Program-made: the position numbers and the translations under genes
Shown here: positions 61,593 to 64,000 of the stretch, in pieces
How positions within the stretch are numbered: the stretch's first letter is position 1
How the letters are laid out: each line of letters opens with the position of its first letter
Notes under the pieces: model-generated
Told to the model about the DNA's origin: nothing
Database searches by the model: none
The model's input: the letters and a program-made list of their open reading frames with translations, nothing else
Source: Camelus ferus
Taxonomy: Eukaryota
Direction of reading: 5' to 3'
DNA length: 64,000 bases
Assembly (NCBI RefSeq): GCF_009834535.1
Contig: NC_045697.1
Location: 85,562,001-85,626,000 of the forward strand

Positions 61593-62576
61593 GTGTGTGA
61601 AAAAACCGACGCAGCGTTGGAGGTTGGATTTGGGGGGGAAGGAGAGGAATAGTGTAATTGTTTTTAAGTGTAGCACTTTACAGTGTATTTTATGCAGGCA
61701 TTTGGTAGGCTAATGTTATCTTTACATTTCAAGGGAAGCTCTGGATTTTTCATTATCCACAGTTTGTTTTAAACTGTGAAAAATATATGAAAATAAACTA
61801 GAGAAAATAATACATTTGGAATGAACCCATCACAATCCATGTAGTACATGGATCATGATACAAGAGATGAGGGCCTGGAACTAACAGCGGTGGTGTTGGT
61901 CTCTTGATTCCTCATCTCCCAGAGGAAGCCTCTTCTAGTCAGGTCATTTATATTATATGAGAATAATTCCTGCAAATTCAGCCTAGAGCCTCCTCCTCCA
62001 GCCCTTCCAAAATTGTTGGAAATCATCCCTAAACTGCTAATTAACCTCTTTTCTTTTACATGAACTGACTAGATGTGTTCTGTTACCTTTAACCTAACCC
62101 TAACTCTGTGTGATGACACACATAGAGGTGAAATACGTTACTGATGGGCATGAATCAAGGAAACTCCGGCTACAGCTCACATGGAAAACCAAATGCTCCC
62201 ATAGCCCAGCTTCCCTGCAGAGGCAGTGCCAGCAGCAGATTTCCTGCTGAATTTCATTTATGCTCCTAAGAGATTATAAAGTGACAGTTTAGAAGGTGGA
62301 TAAATAGGTGTGATAGATGTGTCTCCTACATCCCAGGGTGATGCGAGATCACAGGGAACCTGATCTCTAAAGTCACGTGGGAAATGTAGTCTTCAGCTTC
62401 CAGACCACAGGGTGCAGTAAGGTCCATTCCACTCAGTGGAAATGGAGGGAGTAAGCCCGTCTTCAGTGCTGACCTCACATGGTTTCAGCCTAAGAGTTCT
62501 TTCTGTGGTTCACCAAACTCCTTTTTGTTGTCATTTCAGAGGCAGTTTTGTTTAGTAAGGGTGGCTGGTGGTGGAC

Positions 62577-62790
62577 GGTGTTTCCCAAAACTTCACTCAT
62601 TCTTACACCACATTCAAGCCTAATATTTGCTTAATGTTTTATAAAAATCTACTGAATAATTTAACTTAACCATTGTCCTATGCAAGTATATCTGAGGAGT
62701 CACAAGCTTGATATAATCATTGTACTTTTTCTAGATACATTAAGATAAACCACCCAAAATTCATCTTGTGTGCAGCGGCTGAGCACCCTG
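62577..62790. mobile_element. hAT-Charlie non-autonomous element (MER112-like)
   Basis: cggtgtttcccaaaacttcactcattc...atatttgcttaatgtttt, resembling a CAGTGTTTCCCAAA terminus. Confidence 0.5.
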
Positions 62791-63719
62791 GTGCATGGAG
62801 AGAGGGCAGGCTTCGGAGTCAGATTTTATCCAGTTCTCTGTCTATGAATCTCACTCAGCTTCAGTCTCCACCTTTCAGGGAGGATCCAGTCATATAACAC
62901 TTGTAAATGCTTTCCAGATAGGTCATCCAGTGGCTCTGAAAATGATATTGTTAGGTATTTTCTAATTTTTCAAAGGTTCTAAGTAGTAATTGATCCCCTT
63001 GGAAATTCAAAAAATAATCAAGTTTTGAGGTATTTAAATATATGCTGTTTGACAGTTATTTTCTATGATATGCCAGGATTTCACTCGATAAGGAAACATG
63101 GTGTATAGTTTATAATAATGCCAACATAGCATCAGTATTAAAAAAATACTAAAGTCAGTTTCATTTGTCTAGCCTCATGCTCACAACCTGTGTACTTTTC
63201 TCTGTGTATACTGTTCACCAAAAATGATTCATAATAAAAAAAGAGAACTGACAGGAGACTTCATGCAAACAAACTTGGACATAGGTAGATTAAGCTAGAG
63301 ACGACATTTTTAATGAAAAGAATGGGCAATGAGTGTAAAGTATATATCTAGGCAGAATGAAGAGAACAAGAGAAAGATTTATACAATTGTGTTCTAAGAA
63401 TCTCAATACAGAATATTGCTTTTCAAATCCATGAGTCTTTCATTTCATACCATAACACAAACAGATTTAAGTCAAAAGAGAACAAATTGTTGAAAATTAC
63501 CCTTCATTCAAGGTTCTTAGTTGGCAATTTTCCTCACTGATTTCAGTAAAGATTATAGTTTTTTATTATAGATTTTCCTTTGTCATATTTTTCCCTTTCC
63601 TTTTGGTTTCAAGTAAGTACTTGTTTTTCTAGCATTGTATCATTATAGTCACAGACATTTTAAATGTAGACATTCTTCTTCCAAATACCTGGAAAATATA
63701 TGTACTTTTCATCTCAGAA

Positions 63720-64000
63720 ATGTATAATGATGATGTAGCAAGGGAACAGAAGTAAACTTGAACTCAGGGAACAAAATATGCAAGCATTAGCAATTATGTA
63801 AATAAGAGTTATATGAAGAAGAATGCAATAGAAAGTCTCTAAAGACATATGAAACCTGAAAGAAACAAAGAACACATTTTAAAAGGTACCTACTAGAAAC
63901 AGATAATTTCATCTGAAAAGAAAATTACTTTTCAACTTTGTCTACATTTCTAAGTGGCTCAAGTTATGGTGACTAAAGTAAACGATAATAAAAGCATTAA
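63720..64000 (+). mobile_element. Old L1-like A-rich fragment (runs off the window)
   Basis: Plus-strand A-rich, L1 5'/ORF1-like composition, highly diverged. Confidence 0.3.

Noticed and set aside
1..64000. A previously undescribed multi-gene biological system
   Set aside because: No credible coding genes, structured RNA genes or arrays. The content is explained by ordinary mammalian repeats, small duplications and candidate cis-regulatory motifs.

Overview
Mammalian nuclear genomic DNA, most likely camelid (camel or alpaca/vicuna). That assignment is inferred from three tRNA-Ala-derived SINEs with an AATAAATAAACCTAATTACC(T)CCCC tail (Vic-1 type) and from young L1 3' ends of the camelid/artiodactyl type. 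The window is intronic or intergenic and densely populated by decayed transposons: MIR, L2, L1, MLT1/MLT2/MER21/LTR16/ERV solo LTRs, and hAT elements (Charlie1, Arthur1, MER20, MER5). I cannot support any protein-coding gene: the ORF track consists of chance ORFs, microsatellite translations and repeat-derived frames. A transposon-poor, CpG-retaining block (~8.4-14.6 kb) and a candidate minus-strand exon ending ATG|GTGAGT (115-344) hint at the 5' regulatory end of an unidentified gene. I found no evidence for a new biological system. The best leads are three candidate CTCF sites, a 15-bp periodic relic, an orphan A-rich insertion with target-site duplication (TSD), and two local duplications near 57.4-58.2 kb. 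Repeat family names are from recalled consensus similarity, not from a database search, and boundaries are approximate unless TSDs or termini are quoted.
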